A stretch of 64,000 nt of DNA from Dehalococcoidia bacterium (GTDB lineage: Bacteria > Chloroflexota > Dehalococcoidia > UBA2979): NCBI GenBank assembly GCA_965219085.1, contig OZ244720.1, forward strand, positions 2,112,001-2,176,000, in the 5' to 3' direction. The position numbers were made by a program, and so were the translations under genes. Under the pieces are notes generated by a model. It ran no database searches. It saw nothing but the letters and a program-made list of their open reading frames with translations, and had not been told where the DNA came from. This document shows, in pieces, positions 39,268 through 49,312 of this stretch. Positions within the stretch are counted from its first letter, which is position 1. Every line of letters begins with the position of its first letter.

Positions 39268-41886
39268 TCACTCCTCCTCCGAAGCGACCTGGTCCCACTC
39301 CAGGCAACCGCGGGTGCTATAGAAGCCTGCGTCCGACGGCAAGATCTCGACGATGACCGGGCTCTCCGAATCATCCGGGTGGTGAGCCCTTCCGGTGGAG
39401 ATGCTCCCAACGTACTCGCCGTAGCGCTCACCGGTGAATGCGCCGATCCGGATCCATTCGCACGAGCGTTCCGGATGCAATGCCGCTCGGTAGTTCCCTG
39501 GTGCAATGTCCACCCCCACGATGTACATGCCCGTACCGAAGGACTGAGCCGGAGTCGCTACCCACGTGAGCTTGCTGGTCCACTCTCCGCACCCGTACGT
39601 CTGGAACCCAGCGTCAGTGGGGTGGATGTCGACGATCGCCAGATAGGGGTTGCTGTACCGGGCGATGTGCGAACCGATGGGGCCGTGGGCGATGATGTCG
39701 AAGGGGATCCCTTCATAGGTGTCACCTCCGCCGAACCCATCGAGGCGCGCCCATCCACAGGTCCGCGACGGGGCGTACGCCCGGTAGCGTCCAGGTTCGA
39801 TATCGATGCCCACGATGTAGACGCCGTCCCCTAACGGTTCGCCCGGCGTAGTGACCGGTGTCAGTTCGTTCGACCACGTACCGCAGCCGCGGCTCGTGAA
39901 GCCCACGTCGGAACGGTCGATGTCAGCGATCGGGTCCCACCCCCTCGACGTGGCGTACAACCCCTCGTAGGCGCCTCTGGTCCCGCCAAAGTCGTAGAGC
40001 CGCAACCAGAAGCATTCCTCGGTCCCATGGGTCGAATCGGTCGCGCGGTAGCGGCCCGGCTCAATGTCGACACCGACGATGTACGTGCCGTCCGGGAAGG
40101 GCTGGCCGGGGGTCACGATGGGCGAGAGGTCGTCGGACCACGTGCCGCAGCCGCTTGAGTAGAACCCGGCGTCCTCAGCGTCGATGTCCACGATCGAGGT
40201 GCGGTCGCTTCTCCGGCCGACCCACCCGTGGCGGGTCTCGCCGTACTCGCCGAGGAAGTCACTGAGCCGGAACCAGTAGCACGAGTCGGACGGCGTTTGC
40301 GCCCGGTAGCGGCCGGGCGCGACCTCGGCGCCCACGATGAAGGTCCCATCGCCGAAGGGCTGACCCGGCGCGACGGTCGGCCCCAGGTCATCGGACCACA
40401 TTCCGCAACCCTCGCTATAGAAGCCAGCATCCCCCGGTTGGATGTCGACGACGGTGCTGATGTCCCCACCGAGCACGGTCGACCCCCAAACGCTGCCCAG
40501 AGTGCTCCTGATGTCACGGGGGCCGTACCTGTTGTACTCCCGGAAGATTCGGAAGTCCGACAGCCGAAGCCAGAGGCAGGAGGCAGATGGATCGCTCGCC
40601 CGGTACCGGCCCGGCGCGATGTCCATTCCGACGATGTACGTTCCGTCTCCGAAAGGTTCGCCGAGGGTTGCAACGGGTGCCAGCTCCTCCGACCACGTGC
40701 CACAACCATCGCTGGTGAAACGCGTTTCGGATGGGTCGATGTCCGCGACCGTGAGCGGCAGCCTGATCGGTACACGGTCGGCGTCGCGCTCCTTCCCCGA
40801 AGCAACCGGCTCGGGTTCGAGCGTACTGACGCTCCACGAGCACTCCGCAGAGGGTGCGCTCGCGCGGTAGCGGCCCGGAAAAACGTCGATGCCGACACGG
40901 TGGTCGCCGTCCCCGAACGACATGAGCGTCCATGGCCGCCACTCGCCGCAACCACTGGAGACGAAGCCAGTGTCGGTTGGCTCGATCTCGACGATGAGCG
41001 TGTGGCTGTCGGTGACGAGATCTTCATAGGCGCCGCTGAAGCCACTCAAGCGGCTCCACTCGCAGCCGTCCGTGTAAGTGGTCGTCCGGTAGCGCCCCGC
41101 CTCGACGTCCAGGCCGACGATGTACGTGCCGTCTCTGAACTCACGCACCGGCGTGGTCTCCGGCGCCAGTTCGCCCGACCAGGTTCCGCATCCAACGCTG
41201 AAGAAAACGGTGTCTGTTGGTAGGATATCCACCACGGTCATTGCCGAACGGCCGGACTCGGAGCCACGGAAATCGCTGAAGCGCGCCCACACACATGACT
41301 CCCACGCCCCCTCAGCCCGATAGCGGCCCGGCGCTATCTCCTCCCCGACCACGAACGTGCCACGACCGAAAGGCTCTCCCGGTGACACGACCGGCGCGTA
41401 GGGCTCCCAGAGCCCGCATGCGCTGCTCCGGAAGTCCTTGTCAGAGGGATCGAGGTCGACGATCGTGACCCCGCTGCCCTCTCTGTAGTTCCACTTGGAG
41501 TCTGTGATTCTCCAACTGCATTCGCCACCGTCCGTCAGCGCGCGATAACGGCCCGGTGCAACATCGGAGCCGATGCCATGCTCACCGTCATCGAAGCGCG
41601 TCAGCGGCCCGGGGATAGCTGTGGGGGTCGGTGCCGGCGTGGCTGTCGGCGACGCGGTAGACGCTGGCGTCGGCGTTGTCGGGATGGGAGTGGTTGTGGG
41701 GTCGGAGGTCGGAGTGGCCGTCTTCGGCGATGGCGTCTCGGCGTCTGCCGGTTCACCTACAGGAGTCGCTGTCGCTGTCGCAACGCTCGGCGGCGGGGTG
41801 GCCAGAGGTTCGTCGTCGTCCCCGCCGCCAAGACAGCTCGCGAGCAGCATGACACCGGCACCGATGGCGAACAGCCGCAGCCACAT
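39268..41886 (-). CDS. Large lipoprotein with Pro/Thr linker and nine Cys/Trp-containing repeat domains
   Basis: Lipobox LASC; nine G.Y.VG.DI.PGRYRA...C.W...GCG.W units. Confidence 0.85.
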   Translation of the reverse strand: MWLRLFAIGAGVMLLASCLGGGDDDEPLATPPPSVATATATPVGEPADAETPSPKTATPTSDPTTTPIPTTPTPASTASPTATPAPTPTAIPGPLTRFDDGEHGIGSDVAPGRYRALTDGGECSWRITDSKWNYREGSGVTIVDLDPSDKDFRSSACGLWEPYAPVVSPGEPFGRGTFVVGEEIAPGRYRAEGAWESCVWARFSDFRGSESGRSAMTVVDILPTDTVFFSVGCGTWSGELAPETTPVREFRDGTYIVGLDVEAGRYRTTTYTDGCEWSRLSGFSGAYEDLVTDSHTLIVEIEPTDTGFVSSGCGEWRPWTLMSFGDGDHRVGIDVFPGRYRASAPSAECSWSVSTLEPEPVASGKERDADRVPIRLPLTVADIDPSETRFTSDGCGTWSEELAPVATLGEPFGDGTYIVGMDIAPGRYRASDPSASCLWLRLSDFRIFREYNRYGPRDIRSTLGSVWGSTVLGGDISTVVDIQPGDAGFYSEGCGMWSDDLGPTVAPGQPFGDGTFIVGAEVAPGRYRAQTPSDSCYWFRLSDFLGEYGETRHGWVGRRSDRTSIVDIDAEDAGFYSSGCGTWSDDLSPIVTPGQPFPDGTYIVGVDIEPGRYRATDSTHGTEECFWLRLYDFGGTRGAYEGLYATSRGWDPIADIDRSDVGFTSRGCGTWSNELTPVTTPGEPLGDGVYIVGIDIEPGRYRAYAPSRTCGWARLDGFGGGDTYEGIPFDIIAHGPIGSHIARYSNPYLAIVDIHPTDAGFQTYGCGEWTSKLTWVATPAQSFGTGMYIVGVDIAPGNYRAALHPERSCEWIRIGAFTGERYGEYVGSISTGRAHHPDDSESPVIVEILPSDAGFYSTRGCLEWDQVASEEE

Positions 41887-42071
41887 CGGGGAACCCCTGC
41901 GCTTATGCCAGCCGACGCTGCGTCGCCCTCAACCATGTATACGACGGGAACGGTCGCGTGGATCCCTCGGAGACGGGGCGAGGCAGCGCACGGCGCAGCC
42001 GCGCGCCGCAGAGCACTGGTGTTCGCGGACGGATGTCCGGCCCGTGGTGCCGGGGTGAACGCTGCGGCTAG

Positions 42072-43364
42072 CAGGGTGCTGAAAAAGGCGCGGCCATCTG
42101 GCAGGATAGCGAAGGCGGCGGGGGCGTAGCCTGGGAGGCAGCCCCGTGCGAGGCGACGCCGAGCGCCAGACCAACATGTTGCTGGCGGTGACGCCGGACT
42201 CCTTCATCCCGGACGACCACCCGATCCGACGCATCAAGCCGATCGTCGATGCAGCGCTGCAGCGGCTCTCGCCGCTCTTCGGCACGATGTACGCAACGAG
42301 CGGGCGGCCCTCGATCCCGCCCGAGCACCTGCTCAAGGCGAGCCTGCTGATCGCGCTCTACTCGATCCGCAGCGAGCGCCAGTTCTGCGAGCGGCTGCGC
42401 TACGACCTGCTCTTCAAGTGGTTCTTGGACCTCAACATCTCAGACGCGCCGTTCGACGCCTCGAGCTTCTCGAAGAACCGCGAGCGCCTGCTCGCAGCCG
42501 ATGTCGCGCGCGCCTTCTTCGCCGAGGTGGTGGCCGAGGCAAAGCGCCGCCGGCTGCTCTCCGCCGAGCACTTCACCGTGGACGGGACGCTGCTGGAGGC
42601 CTGGGCCTCGCTCAAGAGCTACCGCCCGCGCGACGGGCAGGAGCCACCCCCGGGCGGACGCAACCCGGACGTGGACTTCCGCGGGCGGCGGCGCAGCCGC
42701 GATACGCATAGCTCCGGCACCGACCCGCAGGCGCAGCTGTACACAAAGGGAGCGGGGCAGACGGCGAAACTGAGCTACATGGGCCATCTGCTCACCGAGA
42801 ACCGTCACGGCCTGGTGCTGGACGTGGAGTTGACCGAGGCGAACGGGTACGCCGAGCGCGAGGCCGCGGTCACGATGCTGGAGCGCAGCGTGAGCGGCTG
42901 CGGGACGCTGGGCGCCGACCGCGGCTACGACACGCGCGACTTCGTGGCGGAACTGCGCGCGCGCGGCGTGACGCCGCACGTGGCGCAAAACGACCGCGGC
43001 CGCCGCAGCGCCGTGGACGGGCGCACCACGCGGCATCGCGGCTACAGGCAGAGTCAGCAGCGGCGCAAGATCGTGGAGCAGGTCTTCGGCTGGATGAAGA
43101 CCGTGGGCGGCGGGCGCAAGCTGCGTTTCGTGGGCCGCGAGCGCAACCGCGGCTGGCTGGAGCTCACCGCCGCCGCCTACAACCTCGTGCGCATGGCCAG
43201 GCTCGAACTCGCCCCTGCGTAGGCGCAGTGCGCCCTCCGGCCGGTCCGGGAGCCCTCAGAGGCCCCCGGGGGCAGGTCAGGAGGCCACCATCACGAAGCC
43301 GGAGGCGGCTTCAAGCCGCCTCTCGCCACTCCGAGACCCCGGAAGGCGCTTCTTCAGCACCCTG
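42072..43364 (+). mobile_element. Complete IS5-like insertion sequence (1293 bp)
   Basis: Terminal inverted repeats CAGGGTGCTGAA(A/G)AA, CTAG duplicated at 42068-42071 and 43365-43368. Confidence 0.93.
42146..43222 (+). CDS. IS5-family DDE transposase
   Basis: GRPSIPPE.LL, SERQ, VDGT, ADRGYD, R..VE..FGW.K. Confidence 0.95.
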   Translation: MRGDAERQTNMLLAVTPDSFIPDDHPIRRIKPIVDAALQRLSPLFGTMYATSGRPSIPPEHLLKASLLIALYSIRSERQFCERLRYDLLFKWFLDLNISDAPFDASSFSKNRERLLAADVARAFFAEVVAEAKRRRLLSAEHFTVDGTLLEAWASLKSYRPRDGQEPPPGGRNPDVDFRGRRRSRDTHSSGTDPQAQLYTKGAGQTAKLSYMGHLLTENRHGLVLDVELTEANGYAEREAAVTMLERSVSGCGTLGADRGYDTRDFVAELRARGVTPHVAQNDRGRRSAVDGRTTRHRGYRQSQQRRKIVEQVFGWMKTVGGGRKLRFVGRERNRGWLELTAAAYNLVRMARLELAPA

Positions 43365-44246
43365 CTAGAGCAGGCCGGCGTCGCGGAGCTGCTGCTGCAT
43401 CGTCGCGCCGATGGCCGAGGGGGACTCGGCGACGGCGGCGCCGGCGGCGCGCAGCGCCTCCTTCTTCGCGTCGGCCGTCCCCGCACGCCCCGCGATGATC
43501 GCGCCGGCGTGGCCCATGCGGCGGCCGGGAGGGGCCGTCGCGCCGGCGATGAACGCCGTCACCGGCTTCGACATCTGTGTGATGTAGTCCGCGGCCTCCT
43601 GCTCGGCCGTGCCGCCGATCTCGCCGATGAGCACGACGGCCGCCGTGTCCGGGTCGGCCTCGAACAGCGCGAGCGCCTCGGCCTGCGTGGTGCCGATGAT
43701 CGGGTCGCCGCCCACCCCCACGCTCGATGACTGGCCGATGCCGAGCCGGGTGAGCTGGTCGACCGTCTCGTAGACGAGCGTGCCGGAGCGCGAGATCACG
43801 CCGACGTTGCCGGGGAGGTAGACGTCGGTGGGCATGATGCCGGCGCGCGCCAGCGCCATGGGCGTGATGACACCAGGGCAGTTCGGCCCGATGAGCGTGG
43901 TGCCGGAGCCGGCGAGCGCGCGCTTCACCATCACCATGTCGTGCACCGGGATGCCCTCGGTGATGCAGATCGCGACGGGCACGCCCGCGTCGACCGTTTC
44001 GAGGATGGCGTCGGCGGCGAAGGGCGCCGGGACGAAGATCAGCGAGACGTTCGCGCCGAACTCGTCGACGGCCTCGCGCACGGTGTTACGGACGGGGGTG
44101 TCCTCGATGACCTGGCCGCCGCGGCCGGGTGTGACGCCGCAGACGATCCGGGTGCCGTAGGCGCGGCTGTTGCGCGCCTCGCGCTGCCCGGCGCCGCCGA
44201 AGCCCTGGATGACGACTCGCGTGTTCTCGTCCAGCAGTACGCCCAC
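43365..44246 (-). CDS. sucD: Succinyl-CoA synthetase alpha subunit
   Basis: GVTPG.GG, IGPNCPG, SRSGTL.YE, RMGHAGA. Confidence 0.97.
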   Translation of the reverse strand: MGVLLDENTRVVIQGFGGAGQREARNSRAYGTRIVCGVTPGRGGQVIEDTPVRNTVREAVDEFGANVSLIFVPAPFAADAILETVDAGVPVAICITEGIPVHDMVMVKRALAGSGTTLIGPNCPGVITPMALARAGIMPTDVYLPGNVGVISRSGTLVYETVDQLTRLGIGQSSSVGVGGDPIIGTTQAEALALFEADPDTAAVVLIGEIGGTAEQEAADYITQMSKPVTAFIAGATAPPGRRMGHAGAIIAGRAGTADAKKEALRAAGAAVAESPSAIGATMQQQLRDAGLL

Positions 44247-44317
44247 GTTAGCGCTCCCTCGCGTGTTCTGGTGCGTGTATCAGTCGTTCGATGTCTGCGG
44301 CGGACCCAACGTCGCCA

Positions 44318-45481
44318 TCACGAGCCCCCGGCCGCCTCGACGGCCTTCTGTGCCCCGTCGGCGAACCCGTCGGCGCGGATCAGGTCGATGCCCGACTCGT
44401 CGAGGATGCGGTTGCCGTCGTCGACGTTCGTGCCGGCCAGCCGGATGACCGTCGGCTGTGGGATCAGGCCCTGGTTGCGGGCCGAGACCACGCCTTCCGC
44501 GATCACGTCCGTGCGCGCGAGGCCGCCGAAGATGTTGACGAACACCGCCTTCACGTCCGGGTCGGCGCCGATGATGCGCAGCGCGGCCACGATCGCCTCC
44601 GGGTCGTTCGCGGTCCCGATGTCGAGGAAGTTCGCGGGGTCGCCGCCCTCGAACTTGATGGCGTCCATCGTCGCCATCGCGAGCCCGGCGCCGTTGACCA
44701 TGCAGCCGATGTCGCCCTCGAGCTTGATGTAGTTCTGGATGCCCGCCTCGTCGGCCTCGACCTCCAGCGCCTCCTCCTGCGCGCGGTCGCGCAGCTCGGC
44801 GAGGTCGCGGTGGCGGAACTCGGCGTCGTCGTCGATCGAGAACTTCGCGTCGACGGCGAGCAGGCGGCCGTCGTCGGTGACGACCAGCGGGTTGATCTCG
44901 GCGAGCGAGCCGTCGTTCTCCTGGAATGCGCGGGCGAGGCCCTGGATGAGGGCGACGGCCGGGCGGTTGAGGTCGCCGTCGAGGCCGGTCGCGAAGGCGA
45001 GTGCGCGGGCCTGGAAGCCCTGGAAGCCGGTCACGGGGTCGATGGCCTGGCGGTGGATCTGCTCGGGGTGCTCCTCGGCGACCTCCTCGATCTCCATCCC
45101 GCCGGCCGCCGACGCGATCATCACGGGCTTGCCTTCGGAGTTGTCGATGACCGCGCCGAGGTAGAGCTCGCGAGCGATCTCGATCTGCTCCTCGACCAGC
45201 ACCGCGTCGATGGGCTGGCCACCCGGGCTCTGGAACGTGACGAGCCGCGTGCCGAGGAGCTCCTCGGCGGCGGCGCGTGCCTCGTCGGCGGAGTCGGCGA
45301 GCTTGATACCGCCGGCGCGGCCACGGCCGCCGGCGTGAACCTGCGCCTTGACGACGACCTTGCCGCCGAGGGCTTCAGCGGCCTCGGCCGCCTCGTCGGC
45401 GGTGCGGGCGACGCGGCCCTCGGGGGTAGGCACGCCGTAGCGCGCCAGCAGTTCCTTGGCCTGGTACTCGTGCAGTTTCAT
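44318..45481 (-). CDS. sucC: Succinyl-CoA synthetase beta subunit
   Basis: MKLHEYQAK, KAQVHAGGRG.AGG, NGAGLAMATMD, PANFLD. Confidence 0.97.
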   Translation of the reverse strand: MKLHEYQAKELLARYGVPTPEGRVARTADEAAEAAEALGGKVVVKAQVHAGGRGRAGGIKLADSADEARAAAEELLGTRLVTFQSPGGQPIDAVLVEEQIEIARELYLGAVIDNSEGKPVMIASAAGGMEIEEVAEEHPEQIHRQAIDPVTGFQGFQARALAFATGLDGDLNRPAVALIQGLARAFQENDGSLAEINPLVVTDDGRLLAVDAKFSIDDDAEFRHRDLAELRDRAQEEALEVEADEAGIQNYIKLEGDIGCMVNGAGLAMATMDAIKFEGGDPANFLDIGTANDPEAIVAALRIIGADPDVKAVFVNIFGGLARTDVIAEGVVSARNQGLIPQPTVIRLAGTNVDDGNRILDESGIDLIRADGFADGAQKAVEAAGGS

Positions 45482-45644
45482 GTGGGGCTCCCGATGCGGG
45501 CGTGACAGGTGGGCGCCTCGCGGATCGGAGGCGGCGCGGCGGATGGTAGCACCTCGGGCGGGGTGCTCAAGGCGAGGTTCGACGGATAAAAAGAAGAGGG
45601 GTACACTAATCCAGTAATGCAAAGGAAGGGACAGGTGGGCGGCT

Positions 45645-46004
45645 ATGGCCCGGTACGCGGACCTCGACGCCGTGGCGGACGATGTGTACGAGCGTGGCGT
45701 CGTAACGATTTCCGCGAGGGAGATCCGCAACGCTTACGGCGCCGAACGGCTCGGCGTGAACGTACGTTCGGCCATTCGTCAGGAACTCAGGGCGAGGGGT
45801 CTGACCCTCTACCCGCCACGAATTCCCGATAGTCAAGGTGACATGGTCAGAATTTATCAGAGCGATGGCCCCGTTGGAGATCTGATTCAAGCCGTCATGC
45901 GTCCGGATCCGTCGAACGACTTTCTCCTGCGGGAAGCCGCTCTGGGTGAAGCGCGGGTGCTCTTGGAGACGATCCGGAACCTGCTGGAGGAGCACGATGA
46001 ATAG
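45645..46004 (+). CDS. Hypothetical protein
   Basis: 119-aa ORF with globular composition in a lower-GC patch; no motif recognised. Confidence 0.6.
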   Translation: MARYADLDAVADDVYERGVVTISAREIRNAYGAERLGVNVRSAIRQELRARGLTLYPPRIPDSQGDMVRIYQSDGPVGDLIQAVMRPDPSNDFLLREAALGEARVLLETIRNLLEEHDE

Positions 46005-46248
46005 ACATGAGCAGCATCGAAGGGTACGGAGGAAGGACCGCCTCGACGACCTTGGGACCGCTGGCCGCGCTCAGCGGCTGATGTGCCGCGGTGGCCTTGT
46101 GATTGATGCAGGTGTATCGATTTGTGGCGCCTACATCATGCAGTTCGCTATAGGTGTTGCAGCTGTAGTCGTCGGAGGGCTCATTCTCATCCATCTGTCC
46201 GGCTGACTTCATGCGACTGCCTGGCGCGCGCGTGGGCAGGGGTTCGGC

Positions 46249-46464
46249 CTATTGGCTGGCCTCTACCCTGCCGATCGCCGCCCAGAGATCGTTGCCCACG
46301 GCATCCCAGTCAGATGCAATCGCTTCCGCGTCGGAATCCGGGGGCGTGGTGACGCTGACTCGGGGAGCGAAGACCCCAGCGAAGTCGAAGAGGCTGGCGA
46401 CGCCTTCCAGCAGCGAGGGGCGAGTGCGGCGGCTCTGACGAAACAACTGCCGGTAGCGCCGCAT
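46249..46464 (-). CDS. Small hypothetical protein
   Basis: SLLEG.ASLFDF.G...DAEAIASDW..VG.DL pattern resembles small conserved proteins (recollection, not searched). Confidence 0.55.
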   Translation of the reverse strand: MRRYRQLFRQSRRTRPSLLEGVASLFDFAGVFAPRVSVTTPPDSDAEAIASDWDAVGNDLWAAIGRVEASQ

Positions 46465-46575
46465 GGCGCCCCATCGGCCCGAGGTCGAACGCCCGGGCGT
46501 GGAACGGCTTCAGGTCGAACGAGGCGCCGTCGCGGCGGCGGGCGGCCCGCGGGTGCTCACGGGAGCGGGATCGGG

Positions 46576-47007
46576 TTAGCGCAGGCCTGGCTCGTGGGTG
46601 AAGGGGTTCATCACGGTGACGGTGTCAATGCGCTGCCCGTCGTTGAGATCCTCGGTCAGGAGATAGGTGCATCGGGCCCTGCGGGCGGCCGCCACGATCA
46701 GCGCATCCCAGTGGGAGAGTTGGGCGGATTCCGTGATCTCGAACGCCTGCTGAATGAGGGCTGCGTCGATGGGCTGCGGATCCCATGAGATGAGGTCGTC
46801 GATGTCGGCGCGGGCCTCGACGTGCGACAGACCGGGGGTGAGCCGGCGGGTCACCGTGACGTAGTACTCGTTGAGCACCTGGGCGCTGATACGGCCCTCA
46901 CCGGACGCCCACAGATGGCCCATCCATGCCAGCGCACGCTCCTGCTTCTCGGCGTGATCGGGGTCGCGCGCGTACACGAGGACATTGGTGTCGACGAAGA
47001 CGCTCAC
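46576..47007 (-). CDS. vapC: PIN-domain toxin
   Basis: FVDTNVLVYA, S.QVL.E.Y, LS.WDALIVAAA, LLTEDL. Confidence 0.92.
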   Translation of the reverse strand: MSVFVDTNVLVYARDPDHAEKQERALAWMGHLWASGEGRISAQVLNEYYVTVTRRLTPGLSHVEARADIDDLISWDPQPIDAALIQQAFEITESAQLSHWDALIVAAARRARCTYLLTEDLNDGQRIDTVTVMNPFTHEPGLR

Positions 47008-47231
47008 CGCTCGTGCAGTTCATCACGTGATGGGTAGGGTTCGCCACCGCTCAGTGAAGCGGGCCGACGTCCAAGGTAGGAACGACGAGCCTCTTCGTAG
47101 CGGTCGCCGCGCTGCATGTGCTCCCGTAGCAAACGCCCGACGAAGCGTGAGACGCTCGTGTCGTGCCGGGCCGCCTCGATGCGCGCCCAGCGGGCCGTCT
47201 CATCGTCAAGGGTGATGGTTACGTTTCGCAC
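47004..47231 (-). CDS. Ribbon-helix-helix (CopG-like) antitoxin
   Basis: NVTITLD......AR..AA....SVS, SRDELHER end overlapping toxin start. Confidence 0.88.
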   Translation of the reverse strand: MRNVTITLDDETARWARIEAARHDTSVSRFVGRLLREHMQRGDRYEEARRSYLGRRPASLSGGEPYPSRDELHER

Positions 47232-47260
47232 GATCCTAGTGTAGCACGAACTTCGTGGCC

Positions 47261-48934
47261 CTACCCGCCCAGCTCCCGCCGCATCTGATCCAACCCCATC
47301 GGCCCCAGGTCGAACGCCTGCGCGTGGAACGCCTTGAGGTCGAACGAGGCGCCGTCGCGGCGGCGGGCCGCCTCGCGCGCGTCGAGCCAGGCGCGCTCGC
47401 CTACCTTGTAGCTGATCGCCTGCCCCGGCACGCCGAGGTAGCGATCGACCTCGCTCGCCATGAAGTCGGCCGGGAAGTGGGCGCGCTGCAGCACGAACTC
47501 CAGGCCCAGCTCCGGCGTCCACGTCTCCCCCGGGTGGAAGTGGTCGTGCTCCGCGATCGGCAGCTCGAGGTGCATGCCGATGTCCACCACCACGCGGGCG
47601 CAACGCAGCGCCTGCGCGCGCAGCATCCCGAGGTAGTAGTCGGGGTTCTCGAGGTAGCCGAGCTCGCCCATGAGCCGCTCGGCGTAGAGGCCCCAGCCCT
47701 CCGAGTAGCCGGACGAGCCGCCCATCAGCCGCTGCCAGCGCGAGAGCGCCTCGCGCAGGTAGACGGTCATGCCGATCTGCAGGTGGTGGCCGGGGACGCC
47801 CTCGTGGTACGCGATCGAGACCTCGCCCCACAGCGGGAAGCGCGTCTTGCCGCCCGTCGGGTACCACGTGCGGCCCGGCCGGCTGAAGTCCTCCGAGGGG
47901 CCCGTGTAGTACATCGCGAGCGTGCCGCCGGGCGGCGCGATCAGCGCCTCGATGCGCTGCACCTCCGCGGGCAGGTCGAAGTGCGTGCCGTTGAGCTCGG
48001 CGATGGTCGTCTCCTGGAGCGACTGCATCCACTCGCGGAACGCGTCGACGCCGTCGATGGCGCGCTCCGGGTCGGTCTCGAGGAGTTCCTTGGCGCCCTC
48101 AACGCCGACGCCGGGGGCGATGCGCTCCGCGGTCGCCGCCATCTCGGCCTCGATGCGGTGCAGCTCGGACCAGCCCCACGCGTACGTCTCGTCGAGGTCC
48201 GGCGAGGCGCCGGTGTAGACCTGCACGCCCAGCGCGTAGCGGTCGCGCCCGACGGGATCATGCGGCTCGGCAGCGGGCACGTAGGTCTCCTCGAGGTAAC
48301 GGCCGAAGCCGGCGAACGCCTCGTTGGCGGCGGCAGCGCCGGCGCGCAGCTCGGCGGTCAGCCCATCGCTCACCACGTCCGACGCCTCGAAGTCCGCCAC
48401 GAGCCCGTCGAAGAACGAGGGCGCCCCGCTCGCCCCGCTCCACGTCGCCGCCTGCATCGCGCACGCGGCAGCCTGGCGCTGCGTGCCCGGCGTGCCGCGC
48501 TCGATGCTGGCATCGAGGGTGCGGCGGTAGCCCGCCATCGCCGCGGGCATGGCGGCGAGGCGGGCGGCGATGTTGCTCCAGTGCTCCTCGGTCTCGCGCG
48601 GCATGAGGTCGAAGACGCGCCGCAGCGACTGCGACGGGCTCGCGAGCACGTTGATCGAGCGGTAGTGCTGCCCCGCCGCGTCGAGCTCGAGCGAGAGCCG
48701 CAGTCGCTCCGCCATCGCGTCGCGGGCTACACGGTCGCGGTCGTCCTCGACGGTCGCGGCCTCGAGCGCGGCGAGGGTGTCGCGTTCGAGCTGCGTGCGG
48801 GCCTCGTGGCCGTCGGGCGAGAAGTCGGTCAGCTCGTGCTCGTGGCCGGGGATGCCCATGCTGGTGGCGGCGTTGGGCGAGAGCGCGGCGGAGCGCACGA
48901 CGTAGTCATCGGCGAGGTCGTAGATGGCGGACAT
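47261..48934 (-). CDS. DUF885-family putative metallopeptidase
   Basis: YHEGVPGHHLQ, EGWGLYAE, R.VVD.G.H, EVDRY...PGQA.SYK.G. Confidence 0.93.
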   Translation of the reverse strand: MSAIYDLADDYVVRSAALSPNAATSMGIPGHEHELTDFSPDGHEARTQLERDTLAALEAATVEDDRDRVARDAMAERLRLSLELDAAGQHYRSINVLASPSQSLRRVFDLMPRETEEHWSNIAARLAAMPAAMAGYRRTLDASIERGTPGTQRQAAACAMQAATWSGASGAPSFFDGLVADFEASDVVSDGLTAELRAGAAAANEAFAGFGRYLEETYVPAAEPHDPVGRDRYALGVQVYTGASPDLDETYAWGWSELHRIEAEMAATAERIAPGVGVEGAKELLETDPERAIDGVDAFREWMQSLQETTIAELNGTHFDLPAEVQRIEALIAPPGGTLAMYYTGPSEDFSRPGRTWYPTGGKTRFPLWGEVSIAYHEGVPGHHLQIGMTVYLREALSRWQRLMGGSSGYSEGWGLYAERLMGELGYLENPDYYLGMLRAQALRCARVVVDIGMHLELPIAEHDHFHPGETWTPELGLEFVLQRAHFPADFMASEVDRYLGVPGQAISYKVGERAWLDAREAARRRDGASFDLKAFHAQAFDLGPMGLDQMRRELGG

Positions 48935-48952
48935 GGGCGTGGTGGCCTCCGG

Positions 48953-49087
48953 CCCGCGGGGTATCCCCGCGCTTGTGCTCCCGCGGGGTATCCCCGCGCT
49001 TGTGCTCCCGCGGGGTATCCCCGCGCTTGTGCTCCCGCGGGGTATCCCCGCGCTTGTGCTCCTGCGGGGTATCCCCGTGTCTGTGCT
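48953..49087. repeat. Five tandem 27-bp palindromic units
   Basis: CCCGCGGGGTATCCCCGCGCTTGTGCT x4 exact plus one degenerate copy. Confidence 0.95.
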
Positions 49088-49131
49088 GCTGCGATGGCGT
49101 CGCGGTGCGTACCGCGTCGGTCGTGGGTGGA

Positions 49132-49221
49132 TGGCGGAGGGGGTGGGATTCGAACCCACGGTGACGCAAGCGCCACGACGGTGTTCAAGACCGCTCCCAT
49201 AAACCGCTCGGGCACCCCTCC
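49132..49221 (-). tRNA. tRNA-Ser(TGA)
   Basis: GGAGGGG acceptor, GCGGT-CT-TGA-AC-ACCGT anticodon arm, long variable arm, encoded CCA. Confidence 0.95.
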
Positions 49222-49312
49222 ATGCACCAGTGTGCGGCGAGATCGGGCGCGCTGGCTACCCGGACGATCGGATGCGCTGACGCAACGGCGTTGACGCGTT
49301 AACATCTCCGGG

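Noticed and set aside
48953-49087. CRISPR array
   Set aside because: Units are directly adjacent with no unique spacers and there are no cas genes in the window
39126-49221. Integrative island bounded by the two tRNA-Ser genes
   Set aside because: No integrase, interval contains core sucCD, and the shared sequence is ordinary tRNA similarity
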